Assembly: GCF_036321535.1 (NCBI RefSeq)
Contig: NC_087447.1
Span: forward strand, 41,976,001 to 42,040,000
Direction of reading: 5' to 3'
Length of the DNA stretch: 64,000 bases
DNA from: Camelus dromedarius
Taxonomy: Eukaryota
The position numbers were made by a program, and so were the translations under genes. Shown here piece after piece: positions 1-14,076 of this stretch. Within the stretch, counting starts at the first letter, position 1. Each line of letters opens with the position of its first letter. The notes under the pieces are model-generated. The model ran no database searches and had not been told where the DNA came from. It saw only the letters and a list, made by a program, of their open reading frames with translations.

Positions 1-1035
1 ATTTTCTCTCCCTTAATGTGTTGATAAAATGGATTAAGTTGATAAATTTCCCTCACTGAATCATGCTTGCCTTCCTTTACCCTTCCTATGAAACTTGTGT
101 TTTTCCTCTATGGAAATTTGTAGGATCTTGTCTTTGACTCCAGTCTTCTAAAATTTCACAATAATGTTCCCTGATGTCATTGGGCTAATTGTATGTTTTG
201 TGCTGGAAACTTGTTAGGCCCTTTCAATCTGGAAGTTCCTGTCTTAAATTCTGGGCAGTTTTCTTCAGTTATTTTCTTTGATTTCCTTTCCTTTATTTTC
301 TCAATTTGTTCTTCTGGGATTTATACTATTCTGATGTTGACCTTCTCAGACCAGTCTTCTAATTTTATTTTCTTTTATTTTCTGCCTCTGCCTTTTTGCT
401 TTATCCTCTGGGAAATTACCTCAACATTATCTTCCAACCCTTCTATTAAATTTTACATTTCAGCTATCATGTTTTTATACCCAAGGATACTTTTAATCTT
501 TGAATATTCTCTTTTTTTTGGTACTGTGATTTTGTTTCATGAATGTAATAACTTCACATATCTGTCTGAGGATATTGAGAGAGAGTTGCATGATTTCTAT
601 CTCTCCATAGTTTTTTTGGACAATTTTTTCTTTTGGTCTTTGTCCTTTATGTTAGAAGCTTTGCTTGGATGTCTGGTAGTATTTGACTGTCTGTTTATAG
701 GGGAACCCTCAATATCAGTATCTTTAATTTTGGGGGGGGGTGGAAAGAGAGCTGTTCAGATTTCCCAGAAAGTAATCTTCTAGTCTTCCACCTGGAATGT
801 AAAAACCTGGCTGCCAGAGTTCTAGGAGCCCAGTAGAGTAACAGGAGTATGGTACACCCAGCTTCAGTTGGGTCTGGTGTCCTGCAAACCAGGGAGCATG
901 ACACCTCCAGCTTTGTTGTTGTTTCTCAAGATTGCTTTGGCTCTTTGGGGTCTTTTGTCTTTCCATAGAAATTTTAGTATTATTTATTCTATTTCTGTGA
1001 AAAGTACCTTTGGAATTTTGATAGGGATTACATTG
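1..1035 (-). mobile_element. Degraded antisense LINE-1 fragments (old L1M-type; clearer ORF2 piece at ~900-1035)
   Basis: T-rich text; 'cctccagctttgttgttgtttctcaagattgctttggct...ttttgatagggattacattga' is typical antisense L1 ORF2. Boundaries approximate. Confidence 0.65.
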
Positions 1036-4000
1036 AGAAAATAGTATGTCTACTATAATTTAAGTGGAGTTTTAGGAGGAAGCAAATTCAGATGTGCGTT
1101 TAGAAATAAGCAAATTCAGATGTATATAAAATTTTCACTTTTGTCACTTACCAAGTAAGGTTAAAATGTCTTAGATGACATCAAAGCTATGTGTTTCTTT
1201 CTAGCTTTACATGTATCACCACATGTCATCCTAACCAGATTAAATTCCACTCAGCCACCTTCTTTACAGTACAGTGACCAAACTGTGTTTTGCCTTTGTA
1301 CCTTTGTTCAACTTTTTTGTCCTACAATGCCTATTACCCTTCAGTTTCCCCCATATCTGGTGGAGAGATCATTCAAGCCTCAGCTCAGCTTTTATCTTTC
1401 AGGTCTTGCTCAGGTAGAAATGGCCACTTTACTCATACCTTATATACTCTTACCGTTGCACTGATAATAGTTTTTTGTAACATTTTAAAGTGAACTTTTA
1501 ACATACAATGAACTGAACATATTTCAAGTGTACAAACTTGATAACTTTTTAAACATGTATATGTACACCTATGAAATTATCACCACAAGACAATGAACTC
1601 TGTGTCTGGGTTACACTTCATACTTCATTGACATTCACTCACTGCAATATTTGGCTGAACTTTAGGCAGGCATTTGGGGCCAGGAATTAGAGTTGCACTT
1701 TTAACAAGGTGAGGAAAATCAATTACATACAGACACTTGGCAGTAATATGGTATATTACGAAGGGTCACTGCTAAATCCCTTCTCCTGCAGTTCAAAGCA
1801 TGACAACCATGTGCCTGGAAGAACCAGGCTAGAAAATGGTCTACAACCTGTTTTGGAGTCAAGAAGACATGCCCCTTTTTGTATAACTACATTCTTTAAG
1901 GTTACTCAACTTTTTGACAGGTTCAAAATTTTACAACCATAATAAACAGTTGCCCTTATTTTCCTGTGCACTGAGAATTATATTTGGACTGAAATATTGT
2001 AACCATGTTTTCAGAGTCTCACCTCCCCCTGTAGTCTGTCTCACTGTAGCAAAAATTCTTCCACTTGATTTAAATCTCTTAGGCTCTCCATTGTGAAGTG
2101 CAATTCCGCCCTTATTTGTGGTGTTGGTGGTGGTGTTTAATTAGAGTGTATTTAGAGCAGGTTTTGCAGTTTGAGGAATGACTTTTGTATCAATAATGCA
2201 TCAAAAAGAAAGTTGTTCAGCCAAGGTTTTAATCACTGCCACGGCCTCTTGAGACATTTCTTGTTAGAGATGAAGTAATTTTTAAGGACGCTCTTTCCTG
2301 ATGTGGTTTGTCATGAACACGTTTTGAGCCTAACATTGTGTTCTGTAAACTTCATGCAACTGGCCTCTGGAATCTGCTGTTATAGCCAAAGTATTTGCAG
2401 GGGATATTTGCCTAGATAACCACAAAAAAGAGTCATTCCCTTTCTTGATGAATATTTTAATAATTGAACCAGTTGAAATAAGAAATGAAATTCAAGAGGG
2501 TTTTGACAAGGAAGATATAAAAGTAAAGGTCCTAGCGGTCACTGAATCCAAATCCGTTTCTAGATTAAGAAACTCAGGTCCAGAGAGGTAAAGTAATTTA
2601 CTCAAGATCACAGAACCAGACAGTAACATACTATGAATAAGAATATGGTCTTAATGGTGTTCAGTCCTGTGCTTTTTCCAATATACTACACATAGTCTTT
2701 AAACAGTGAAATAGTGTTTGGTCTATAACCATAATAATAACATTTCTTCAGGTGTATTTAAAAAATTTTAAAATCCATTTAAATAAACATAAGCTAGCTC
2801 AATATTAGAAACCTCTCTTGAGGCAAAATATGATGCTGTTCTTAAAATCAAAATCATTGGGCTTTATTTCCAATCAGAATATATATAGGTTGTCATGTTT
2901 AACTTTTATATATGTTTTGAGACTGAAATTAAAACCATATGCAAAATAGCCATTAACTGGCATATAAAATTTAAAAATTAGAGAGAGATGTAGAAGAAAC
3001 AAGTCCAAAGAGCCTATTCATCTTCTAGTCCAGCTCAAATGCCCCTCATTCATAAAGCAGGGGGGCATGCATATGGAGGTGCCATGGGGGAACAATGTAA
3101 ACGACAGGGCAAGGCATGGATGGTGTTCCGGGGATCTTAGATTTAGGAGGATTAATGATGATGTGAAATAGATGGTAAAGCAAACTGACTAGAGCTGCAG
3201 CTTATAGCAGGAGGGTGATATGGATGGATGCGGAGATGGGTCCACACCACGGAGGGCTTACAAGCCTGGCAGGAGAGTTTGGTCTGTATCCTGTAATGGT
3301 CAGAACATAGCTGAGATTTTTGAACAGGAGAATAACATGATATAAAAAGGTATTTTTAGCTTCTGTAGTTTTAATTATCCTTCTGTAGAAGATATGAATG
3401 TTCTCAATGTTCTGGTCAATTCCGATCTATGTCTTATCTAAACTATAGAAAAGTCAATTTTGTAAGACATTGTGCCTTTCAATTTCATTTTTTCTTTAAT
3501 GTTTAAGTATATCATTTTTGAGAAATTCCATAGTTTCATGAAAAAGGAATGCTGCCCATGACACTTCAAAGATATGCAAATCCAAACTATGAAGTAATTG
3601 AGGGTAATTGGAAATTAAGATTGCAGGGCTTACTCTTCAATTGTAGGAGGAAAATTGAAGGTAAACCACATAGCAAAGTTTAGAATAAAACATGTATAAG
3701 CATTCAAGTCCTTGCAAGTTTATAAATTGCTTGGTATGCCTATAACTACTTTGCTGTTTTGTGGCCAAAGCACAGGGGACTTTAGGATGTGCATTTATGG
3801 ACTGATTCCCCAACGGATAACTGCACTATTCCCGAATACTATTGGTATGTCAATAGTTGTACTTATTGTTTCAAAATTTTTCCATTTTTCAGTCTAATTA
3901 AATTAGAATGTCTCTAACGTGATTTGCAAAGAATTTTATATTTATATTTTGCAATCAGCATTTGACTGGCGCTCAGGTTTGAGACATGCACTACAATGTG

Positions 4001-4544
4001 TAAACATTTTGTGAGATAATAAATAGCTCCTAAATGTTTTATGATTGCCTGTACCCTGCTAATTGGTCATGGATTGAAATTCCCCATTGTTAATTTTTTT
4101 TTTTAATTTGTGGGAAATTTTTATAAATGAGTGTGTGGGACTTCATATCACAGCTGTTGTCATTTAAAGTTTGGACAGCATCATTACAAATGAAACCCTG
4201 CTGTGAAATCAAAGTCAAAAGGCATCTTGGCATCCCAACCATTTCCTTAGGAGAAGATTACAGCTCAAGTCTGTTGAACTTTATTGCCTTGGGCCTCATG
4301 ACAGTCTTTAGAAACATTCAAGGCATTTCTGCTAAAGAAACTCAGATGTGCTCGGACACAGGGGATGACATTCTTGTGCATAGCAGTGTCCTAAGCAAGG
4401 GAGTGAGGAATAAGTGAGGAAGAAAAAGATGATTCACATATTTTGCCGTATTCTGTGATTATTTTATAAAATCCATAGAGATGATAGAGAATATACAGTG
4501 ATACTATACAGGAAAAAGATGTGGTGTTTTCCTACCTGGCCTAT

Positions 4545-5942
4545 ATTTTTTTTTCCAGCTATATTGAGGTATAATTGACAAATAAAATTGCAATATAGTT
4601 TAAATGTACAACACGATGACTTAATATAGTATACATTGTGAAAGGATTCCCACAATTGAATTAATTAACACTTCCATCACCTCACGTATTTACCTTTTGG
4701 GGGAGGGGTGAGAATACTTAAGTTCTATTTTTTTTTCTTTTTTTTTTTAGTTCTATTTTCTTAGCAAATTTTAACTATGTGATACAGTATTATCAACTAT
4801 AGTCACTATCTTACACGTTAGTGTGTCAGAACTTATTCATCTTATATGTACCCTTTTACCAACATCTTCCCACTTCTCCCATACCCCAGCCTCTGGCAAT
4901 CATTCTACTCTGTGTTTCTCAGTTCAAATTTTTTGTTTTTGTGTTCGCTTTTTTTCAGATTCCATCTATAAGTAATACCACGCAGTATTTGTCTTTCTTT
5001 GTCTGGCTTATTTCATTTACATAATCCCTTCCAAGTTCATTCATGCTATTACAAATAGCAGGATTTCTTTTCTTTTTAAGGCTGAATAATAGTCCATTGC
5101 ATATATAAACCACATTTTCCTTATCCATTCATCCATTGAATGGATGCTTCCACACCTTGGCTATTGTGAACAATGCTGCACTGAACATGAGAGTACAGGT
5201 ATCTCTTCGAGATAATGATATTGTTTCCTTTGCATATATATCCAGAAGTGAGATTGCTGGATCATACGAGAGTTCTATTTTTAATTTTTTGAGAAATCTC
5301 CACACTGTTTTCCATAGTAACTGTACTCACATTCCCACCAAAAAACATTCCCTTTTCTACACACCCTCACCAGCACTTATTTTTTGTCTTTTTGATAATA
5401 GTCATTCTAATAATGAGTGATACCTCATTGTGTTTGATGTGCATTTCCCTAATGATCAGTGATGAGTACTTTTTTATGTACCTGTTGGCCATGCCTTCTT
5501 TGTCTTCTCTGTATGTCTTCTTTGGAAAAATGTTGAATTCCTTTGCCCATTTTTTTAATTGGGTCATTTGGTTTTTTGCTACTGAGTTGTATGAGTTCCT
5601 TGAATATATTGGCTATTAACTTCTTACTGGATATATGATGGTTTGCAAATATTTTCTCCCATTGTATAAGATTCCCTTTTCATTTTGTTGATGGTTTTCT
5701 TGCTGTGCAGAAGCTTTTTAGTTTGATGTAGTCCCATTTGTTTATTTTTGCTTTTAGTATCAAATCCAAAAAATCATTGCCAAGAATAATGTAAAGTAGC
5801 TTCCCGCCTGTTTTCTCCTAGGAGTTTTATAGTTTCAGGTCTTATGTTCAAGTCTTTAATTCATTTTGAGTTGATTTTTGTGTATGATATGCACAGTTAG
5901 GAGTCCAGTTTCATTATTCATATGGATATCCAGTTTTCCCAG
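4545..5942 (-). mobile_element. 5'-truncated LINE-1 (L1MA-like 3' UTR plus ORF2 C-terminus)
   Basis: T-run then 'attgaggtataattgacaaataaaattg'; ORF 5367..5567 (KKWAKE...MANRYIKKYSSLIIREM) resembles L1 ORF2p. Confidence 0.9.
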
Positions 5943-6879
5943 CCTGACTTTATTTTAAAATAAAAACCTAAAAGTGACTCCAAGGTAATGACTGCCTTCA
6001 AAGTCATCTCTCAATTGATTTTCTCATTCCTTTGAAGGGAGTTCTCACTGATTCATTCTCTTTCCCTACTCCCTACCCTTTGTCTGTCTGTCTTTCTCTC
6101 TCCCTCTGCCCCATCTTCCTTTCTCCTCCTCTCCTCCCTTCTCTTTGTTCTTCTCTTCTCTGTGGTACATGCTCATTTCAATAGGTGAGGCTGAGTGACA
6201 TTACTCAGATAGTTCTAGTAGTCATTCTTTTTATATCTGAAACTCATGTCCTTGAATTTAAAACCAGAGGTCATTTGATGTAACTTAAGATCTATCCAAC
6301 CAGTAACCTGACTTCAGCAATCACGCCCAAAGACACACCACGAATGAACATGGTTGTCCCTCATATATATGTTCAATTCAGCCATGAATTTTTCTCAGCC
6401 CTTTAAAATGTGCTCTCATTTGTCCTCTGTGTCACCTCTTGTGATAGTTTCCTGAGTTTGTTAGCTATAAAAGGCCTACCATAAAGTAGATAATAAATAT
6501 TCTTTGAATGAATTGAAATTGTCTTTCAAAGGAATAACCTGCTAATTACTCTCACTGCTCATTCTAGAAATCTAAGACCTGGCAAGATTTGTTTCTACTG
6601 ATCTTTCTGCTTTGTGACATTCTGAAAAAGGCACAAATCATTTGGTAACTTTCCATGAATATCAATACTGCTTCTTATTTACTACTATAAAAATACTATC
6701 AAAGAGCTAATAGTTTAGTAAAGAGAAAGAAAAATAGTTATACAGTGTGCTGTATACTAAACATTAGTGTGCGCATATTGTAGCCTCAGTGGTAATAACT
6801 GTATCACGTATTGAGTACTTGCTATGTGCTGGGTACAATTTTAAGTATCTTACTTGTATTACTCATTTCTAACTTAATT

Positions 6880-8270
6880 GTACTATGGTCTGACAGCCAT
6901 GTCTATATAATATTAATCTTTTAGAATTTACTGAGACTTACTTTGTGGTCTAGTATAAAGTCAGGTTTTCTAAATCCATGTGAACAGTTTTGGGTACAGT
7001 ATTAGAGTATAAATAGATCAAGTAGGTTTTTGTATATAGTGTTCTGTATATTTTCATTTGCACTTTTTTAAAATCTTCTATAGGATTATTGATTTCTCTA
7101 CCTGTTTGATCTATTAATTAGTGAGAGATATATTAAAATCTTTCAATGCAGTTGTGGATTTATCAATTTTTCTTTATATGTCTGTCATTATTTGCTTTAC
7201 GTGTTTTGAGGCTAAGTTATTTATTAAGTTTATGCCTATTTAAAACTGTTATATCTTTCTGGTAAATTGAGCTATTTTATATAATACTTCTTTTTATTTA
7301 GTAATGCTTTTTACCTTAAGTTTTTTTTTGTGATTATTAATATAATCTCAGCTTCATTTGATATTTTTTGTGGTACATCTTTTTCCATCCTTTTGTGTAT
7401 CCTTAAGTAATAGATACATCTTTTTAAACAACAAATATTTGAATTCTAGTTTTTTAATTCATTTACAATATTTGTGGTTTTAACCAGAATATTTGGTCTG
7501 TTTCTGTTTTTGAGGGGGGGTTGTTTTTTTTCTTTTTTTAGTTTATTCCTACCATCTTAATTTGTTCTTTTCATATTGTTTTCTTTCTCTGGGTTCCTTT
7601 TCCTTTCTCTTGCTTTCTGTTGGCTTGTAGGTTTTTGTGTTTGTTTTTCTCTTAGTCCATTTTTTCCTCCACTAGTTTAGAAGTTGTAGCCCATTCTGTT
7701 TCTATTCCTTTGGCAATAATACAGAAAAATGTAAATGCTTACTTAATTTATCAAAATCCAGCACCGCCTTACAATATCTGTGCTACTGTGGTTGTAATTT
7801 TAGTTGTATCTTATTTTTATTTAATATCAAAAGACATTATTTTCATTTTTTGTATAGTCAGTGTTTGGTTAGTTCACACACATATTTATCACTTCCCTTG
7901 CTAAGTTATCTTTTTATATCTCAGACTTTCCATTGGTGTTCTAGGTGGCCCTAAGGAGCCCAGCCTTATGGTAGTTCTCCTAGTGGACTTCCTTCCTTTA
8001 GCAAGCACTGGGTTTTGTCTCTTTCTTTTGGGTCCTTTGAGTTGTTCAAAACTAAACTCAAATTTACTTTGTTCGCCAACTGTTTCTGAAATAAAATCCA
8101 CTTCAGTGCTCTGTTTATGTCTCCAAGTTCCCACTTAACTTAGATTTTGGGCTGAGTATTCCTTACTTTCTTGCCAGTTCATTGCTTTGCAATAAAGATT
8201 TTTAAATATATTATCTAGCATTTTTTGTTTTCAGCAAAAATGCCTGTCAGAATATGAAATCCACCATGTC
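6880..8270 (-). mobile_element. Old, highly degraded antisense LINE-1 (L1M/L1ME-like)
   Basis: Phrases such as 'gatctattaattagtgagagatatattaaaatctttcaatgcagttgtggatttatc' match the antisense ORF2 endonuclease region. Approximate. Confidence 0.6.
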
Positions 8271-9964
8271 AAGGAATAAAACCCTGTAACTAAGTTTTTA
8301 AATGATCTTTTGGTTGGAATGCTCTCAGAATTTTTTTTTTATTGTCAATCATTTTTTCAATTGCTTTCTAAGAAATAGTTCATTGTCAAATTAGGTTGGA
8401 AACACTGCTTATCAAATTCCCTCCATACAGTCACAGTTAAAAATCCTTTGAAGTTCTACAGTTTTTTTTTAAACAAACAAAAACATTTTGTTTTATTTTG
8501 TTTAACCAGCATTTCCTCTACTTCTCCTCAAGTATCAGCTGTCAATACTCCATAAAAACTAGCGTTTGCAGAACAGTCTGAGGCTGCTCCCCACCCCCAC
8601 CCCCCACTGGCTACCCCCATAGAAACCTCTAAGGTAGGTCTCAGTCTTCCCTGTAGTGCCAAGCTTCTCTCTCCTAATATGTAATATTTGCTGATATATT
8701 CAGGGATTTTGATGATTAATATAAATTCTGTTTATTTGCTTTTCTTGGAAATGAGCTATTTCCCCCTTGGAAGTGGGGCCCATATTGACTAGCAGCCACA
8801 TGTCAGAGACCTTGCTCTACCAGTGACCTTCCTCTACCAATGACCTTCCTTTTTCATCTCTCTTCTCTCTTGGATTTTCCTCCATAGTGTACTTGGATCC
8901 TTCGTAATTATTATAGAATCAAAGTATTGCATAAAATCTTAGTATTCATCTGGTCCTCCTCTACCAAGATTCATTAAACTACCCATCGGGATGTCATAAC
9001 TCCTCAAGCAGCTTCCTTTCCTTTACAACTACACGGCCTTTGGTGGTTTTTTTGGGGGGGGGGGTCAGAGAATGTCAGCTATATGAGAATGATTCTTTAT
9101 TGCAGAGATTTGTCTTGTAACCCAGTATTGTTTCAGTATTCTCTGGAGTTGAACATCCAATGTTTTCTATAGCGGTGTTTGTCAGAGTTGAAAATGCATG
9201 AAATTCAATCAAGAACTCTTTCAGCAGATCATAATACCAGTTGTACTCACGCTAGGCAAGACTAGCATTAGAGGAGATGCCCACCTTTGGGCCATGACTT
9301 ATGAAAGGAAGTTTCCTCCTTTTTTCCCTCAAGGCAGTACTACATCCTCCCCACTTCCACCCTTAGCCCTGCCAAGCCTGAGTAGTATTTTGAAGTAGGC
9401 CAAGGACGTCTGTGATGTATTTTCACTTTGCCTTCTGACCCTTCCTCCTTCTTGCTGGAAACTTTGTCCCTGGCACCGGTGCCCTTTCATTGCTCTAAGC
9501 CTCCAACTGCTCTCCTACTGAGGCCTGTTCTTCCTGTCCTTCCTCCCTCACACTCCAAAATTAGTGCTGGAAGCTCAAAAAACTCATACCCTTCACCCCA
9601 AGAATATGAGAAAAGCAATCAAGTACAAAAGGTGGTGTTTAGAAGAAAAAGCACCAGGCTAATAGGTAGATAAATCCAGATTCTAGTACTGTCTGACTTC
9701 TAGGCCCTTTTTTCTCATCTGAAAAGTGAAGGAATTGCATTAGAATAATTGATATCTAGGGTCCCAGATCTGTGAGTTTAAAATCAATTCATACAAACAT
9801 ATGCATAACTGATGGCTGATGAAGTTGCATTTTGATGGACAGTTATATTGTCTAAAGTTGAGGCTGTAATTACTGTACCTCAGTCTAAGGAGGAGGCCAG
9901 TTGCAGCTTTTGCTGCCCTTGGGCATTGTTCCAGGTCATGGCCCCCCTACGGCTGTTCAAGTTG

Positions 9965-10082
9965 TTGTTTTGGGTATATACCCAGAAAGTAAAATAGGTC
10001 GATCATAGGGTAATTCTATTTTTCAATTTTTGAGGGACTGCCGTACTGTTTTCCTAGCAGCTGCACCATTTTACCTTCCCAG
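9965..10082 (-). mobile_element. Short antisense L1 ORF2 fragment
   Basis: 'ttttgggtatatacccagaaag...taattctattttt...agctgcaccattttaccttccc'. Confidence 0.7.
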
Positions 10083-10219
10083 TGAGATTTTCTGGCTGTC
10101 CTGTTCCCCAGCAATATTTCATCCAAGGGGTTTTTGGCATCAATTTCTCACCTGATCAATAACAAAATTTTTACATATAAATCCTTTGTAACACAGAAAA
10201 AATATTTCCAACCAATTAT

Positions 10220-10292
10220 AGCATGCATTCCAGTCTCAGAGAAGTTAAAATGTGAGTAAAAGTGCGTATCTTAGATTCAATGAAATACAGTA
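10220..10292. mobile_element. End fragment of a probable TcMar/Tigger-type DNA transposon
   Basis: 'aaaatgtgagtaaaagtgcgtatcttagattcaatgaaatacag|ta' resembles a known MITE terminus ending at TA. Family not assigned. Confidence 0.4.
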
Positions 10293-10611
10293 GTTAAATA
10301 TACTAAAAATCCCCTCCAAAAATTTTTAAGACAAATTGCACAGCTCTTAACACCATTTTTGTAAAACAGGAAAGTAAAAGTAGCTGCTCACCAATAGTGT
10401 ATGAAAATATCTTTCTCAAATGTATTTTTTTATCATTTCTAAAAGGATGTGCTTCAAGGACTTTTTTTTTTAAACTTCTCTTTTCAAACTTACCTAGGTA
10501 TAAACATTATAGACAATTTGAAATAAAAGTAAAAACCCTATAGGGCAGTAAATAATATATCATAAATTTTTGTTTCCATATATTTATGATTTCTGGTAAA
10601 CGTCCTAATAA

Positions 10612-10737
<126 letters not shown>

Positions 10738-10869
10738 TGATTGTACAATATGTAAATGTATTCAGTTTGATTTATCGTGAGACTACATGAATCCTGTCCC
10801 CTTTGTATATCTAAGACATATCTGTGGTTAAATTTATTATAGCACTTATTGCATATTATGTATAAGAAA

Positions 10870-11100
10870 TGTAATACATAATGTTTATCCTGTAAGCTAA
10901 AACCCGCCATTCCATTCCTACTTCATTTTTCTTTATAGTACTTTATAACACCTGAAACTGTTACGTATTGATTAGTTTACCTTTGACCGTTTTCCCCACC
11001 ATAGAAAGTATTTCACAAGGCTAGGATATTGTCTCTCATGTTCATTGTTATATCCCAATGTCAGTCAGTAAATCTTTGTGGAATGGATGAATGAATGAAC
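10870..11100 (+). mobile_element. L2 LINE 3' fragment
   Basis: Ends in the L2-type tail 'gaatggatgaatgaatgaac'. Confidence 0.55.
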
Positions 11101-12378
11101 AAACTAAATAAATAAATGGGGGCAGGAATTAGAGTTTAACTTCATTGGCAATTTCTGTGAACCTTCAGAAAATTTTCTGGAATGTTCAGTGATTTTCTTA
11201 ATTCTGTCATTTATTGTAGTTCTCCAATCCATGCCTTTTCATAAAGAGATTAGTTCTTATGACAGACAAACCCAGCAAATTCTTATTCTCTCTTCCTGTG
11301 AAAGACTTGTAAGGAATTAAATAGCCACACTCTGGACAGCACATTGAATCTGTCCTTCTGAAATGTACAGTAGGAAACAGTAAACCTGCGGCAGCCAGGC
11401 TGCCTCACTGTTCAGCTACATGCCGTTCACTTCAGGAGGTCCAGGACTTCAGGCAGGTGGTATGGAAGTGCTTGTAGCTTAAGCTACTCTGTATTTCCTG
11501 GGCTCTAAGTCAAGAGAGATTATCAAATATTCAGATCTGTTTTAGTAGAGAACTAGGCACCAAATCAGGTGCTTCAACTAGAGTCCTAACCATGGAGTGA
11601 TTCGTGCCCTTAAATGCTGACAGTATTCTGTTGCTCTTTTTTGTTCTGCGCATCCTTTTCATTTCATCCATTTCTAATTGATGAGGCCTCGCTACCTGCC
11701 TGCAACTAGTAGGTCCTCAATAAATATTTATTGATAAGATCAGTTTTTAAAAAGCTTTACTTCAAATATTTTGCCCACGGTCTTGGAATTAAAGATCTTA
11801 ACTCAAAGGTTCTCCAAGGTTCTCCATAATCAGGATCTCTTTCTCTGCTGCTGAGTCATTGCACATTCCTTTTTCTCCTTACTTACCTTCCCATCCTCTT
11901 CTAAAACAAAAAATGGAATTTATGAGTCTCACACTTCTGAGAACTGACAGGTCATACTGAGCGTGCTTAAGAAACAAGGACAAATCTTAAAAATGTGAAG
12001 TAAATGAATGTGGGTTTAGAAACTAATGACAACCAGCTGGAGCATCGTCTTTGGTCTTCCCTCCTCAGCTTAAGCCCATCTCCAGGCCCACTCTAGTTTT
12101 CCTTAAATGTATGCATACTACTCTTCTGAAGCCAGAAAGCTTGGTTCTAACTATCCTCCTTATGGGCCCTCCCATGGGCATTTGTTAAAGAAAATGACGT
12201 TTTAACAATTTTTCACTGTAATATCTGAGATATTTTTTAAACTTAGATATTAGGTAGAAATAAATAAGAAGAAACATAGGGAAAATAAGAATTGACAGTA
12301 GAAAATTCAGTTGCTGAAGTGATCTAGATTACTTAAGATCTTTTTTTTAAAGCTGGAACGTTTATCCACTTCACAGTG

Positions 12379-12986
12379 TGTATTAGTGAGGGTTTGATCA
12401 TCACAGCAAAAGCACCATGAGTGATAGGAAGTAAGGAATCTATTACAGGGACCAGCTTTTATATTGTTATGGAAGCTAGGGAAGAAGTTTATGAAAAGCT
12501 TTGAATTAGGGTCTGCCTGTGGGCCTGACCCTATAGGTCAAGTCATCAGGGCAGCAGTCAGGAAGAAAAGCTGGATGTGACACAAGGAAGAACAAGGACA
12601 AACTACACCCTGTATATATTTCTTACTTCCTCCAACCTCAAGAAAGCACATGGCCTGAAAAAAGAAGCAGCACTGTTGGCCATACATGTGCCTGACCCTG
12701 GACTAGGGGAAGCTAAAGGAAGATCCAGCAGGAACTAGAGGAAGTGTGAGCTCAGTTCTTTCCACACATCAAGATGATCCAGCAGATCAGTGACAAAGTG
12801 TATGAGATGCAGCAGTGCCTGGCATTCTATACTGACCTTCAGAGTGTAATGGCTACTGCTTCATTTTTGCCTTCCAAATCTTTGATTTGTCTTGTGGTCA
12901 ACCTTAACCTGCAATCATAGAGGAAAGAGAATTCTGGGAAATAAAGCTGTAGTTTAGCTTAGTTTACCCAATACAAAACCATCACA
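12379..12986 (-). mobile_element. ERVL-class solo LTR (~608 bp)
   Basis: TG...CA termini (tgtattagt...aaaaccatcaca) and a near-perfect 5-bp TSD, cagtg/ctgtg. Internal 'gaattctgggaaa' motif seen in old ERVL LTRs. Confidence 0.75.
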
Positions 12987-13154
12987 CTGTGGGGGTTTTT
13001 AATGCAGTTAATTAACAAGTTGAGCTGTATGCCATGCTTTTCTCTCTATTATCAAGCTTAATAATACAAATTTATGTTTTATGATGGGTTTATAGGTTTA
13101 ATTCTTTGTTGTTAGCTTGGCTTGATTTTATTGGGCTTAATTTCATTTGGGCAT

Positions 13155-13815
13155 GAATTAGTCAAGTTCCAGTCAGGAGCAAGAAACCGTATAAGTAATA
13201 CAAACAAGAAAAATTTAACGTAAGGAGTTATTAAGTAGTAACAGGGGATTAACTACTAAGAAGTAGAGAGAATTTTAAAGAATGCAGGAATAGCAGATAA
13301 GGGGAGCAGCTACTATCTCTAAGGCTCAGGCAAAGTAGCCAAGAAAGGAATAAATTTGGGAGAGGGCCACTCCCCAAGAAAACCTTGTTGGAGACATGTT
13401 GCTGTGAGCACTGGATGGCACCAAGGTGAAATTCACTGAGGTGCCACAGACTTAGGCCAAGAAGCAGGGAACTGCCTATTGAAGTTCTGGCAAGACTTGC
13501 TAGGAATCTACTCACTAGAGTGCCAGTGAAACTTGATAGGACGCCACCGTCTCTGGGATACGCTGAAACTTGCAAAACGATGAGCACATCTAGGCATCCC
13601 ACACATGACTGGCCAGGTACATGCCACAGCAACAAAAAGGAAGAAGCACACCAGAACCAGGAAGAGTTCATACTGCAGTCTCCCTTCTAACAAGGCTTAA
13701 AATTGTGCTATCTGGCCAAGGAGAAATGTTTATAGGTTTATCTCCAATACCACAAAGCAAGGCAAAGGAAAGTAGATTTGGAGGAAAGAGGTACTATGTT
13801 GATAATCAACAGAAA
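13155..13815. mobile_element. Second ancient LTR-like element (family uncertain)
   Basis: Begins 'tagtcaagttccagtcaggagcaagaaacc', purine-rich, resembles old eutherian LTR relics. No TSD found. Confidence 0.45.
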
Positions 13816-14076
13816 GGTTAGGCAGTGGATCATACTGAGTCTTAGATACTTTGTAAATTTCTGTCTTATGGGAAAATTATTTCTGGTGCATAGTGGATTT
13901 ATTGTTTCAGGAAAATTCTGTAGATGTAAATTGCATTGTTCTGGCCACAGACTGCAAATGAGCCATCCTCATACTGTTCAGAGAATATAAACTCCTGGGC
14001 CTTGCTCATCATTGCTTCAGTGAATGGACTCAACTGCTTGTCTTGTTTAAACTTATGTTGAAAATATTTAGTAAAA

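Noticed and set aside
193..783. 196-aa ORF, the longest in the track
   Set aside because: Phe/Leu/Ile/Ser-rich translation of T-rich antisense L1 relic, with no recognisable domain or splice context.
4531..5956. Possible TSD for the 4.5-5.9 kb L1 (cctggcctatatttt / cctgactttatttt)
   Set aside because: Needs several mismatches and a gap in low-complexity sequence; too degenerate to assert.
8589..8618. C-tract clusters giving potential minus-strand G-quadruplexes (also 18542-18570; plus-strand G-tracts near 33321-33347)
   Set aside because: Such motifs are common, one lies in an LTR, and nothing links them to function.
13249..13671. 140-aa minus-strand ORF
   Set aside because: Lies inside an LTR-like relic and shows no similarity to gag/pol/env or any protein I recognise.
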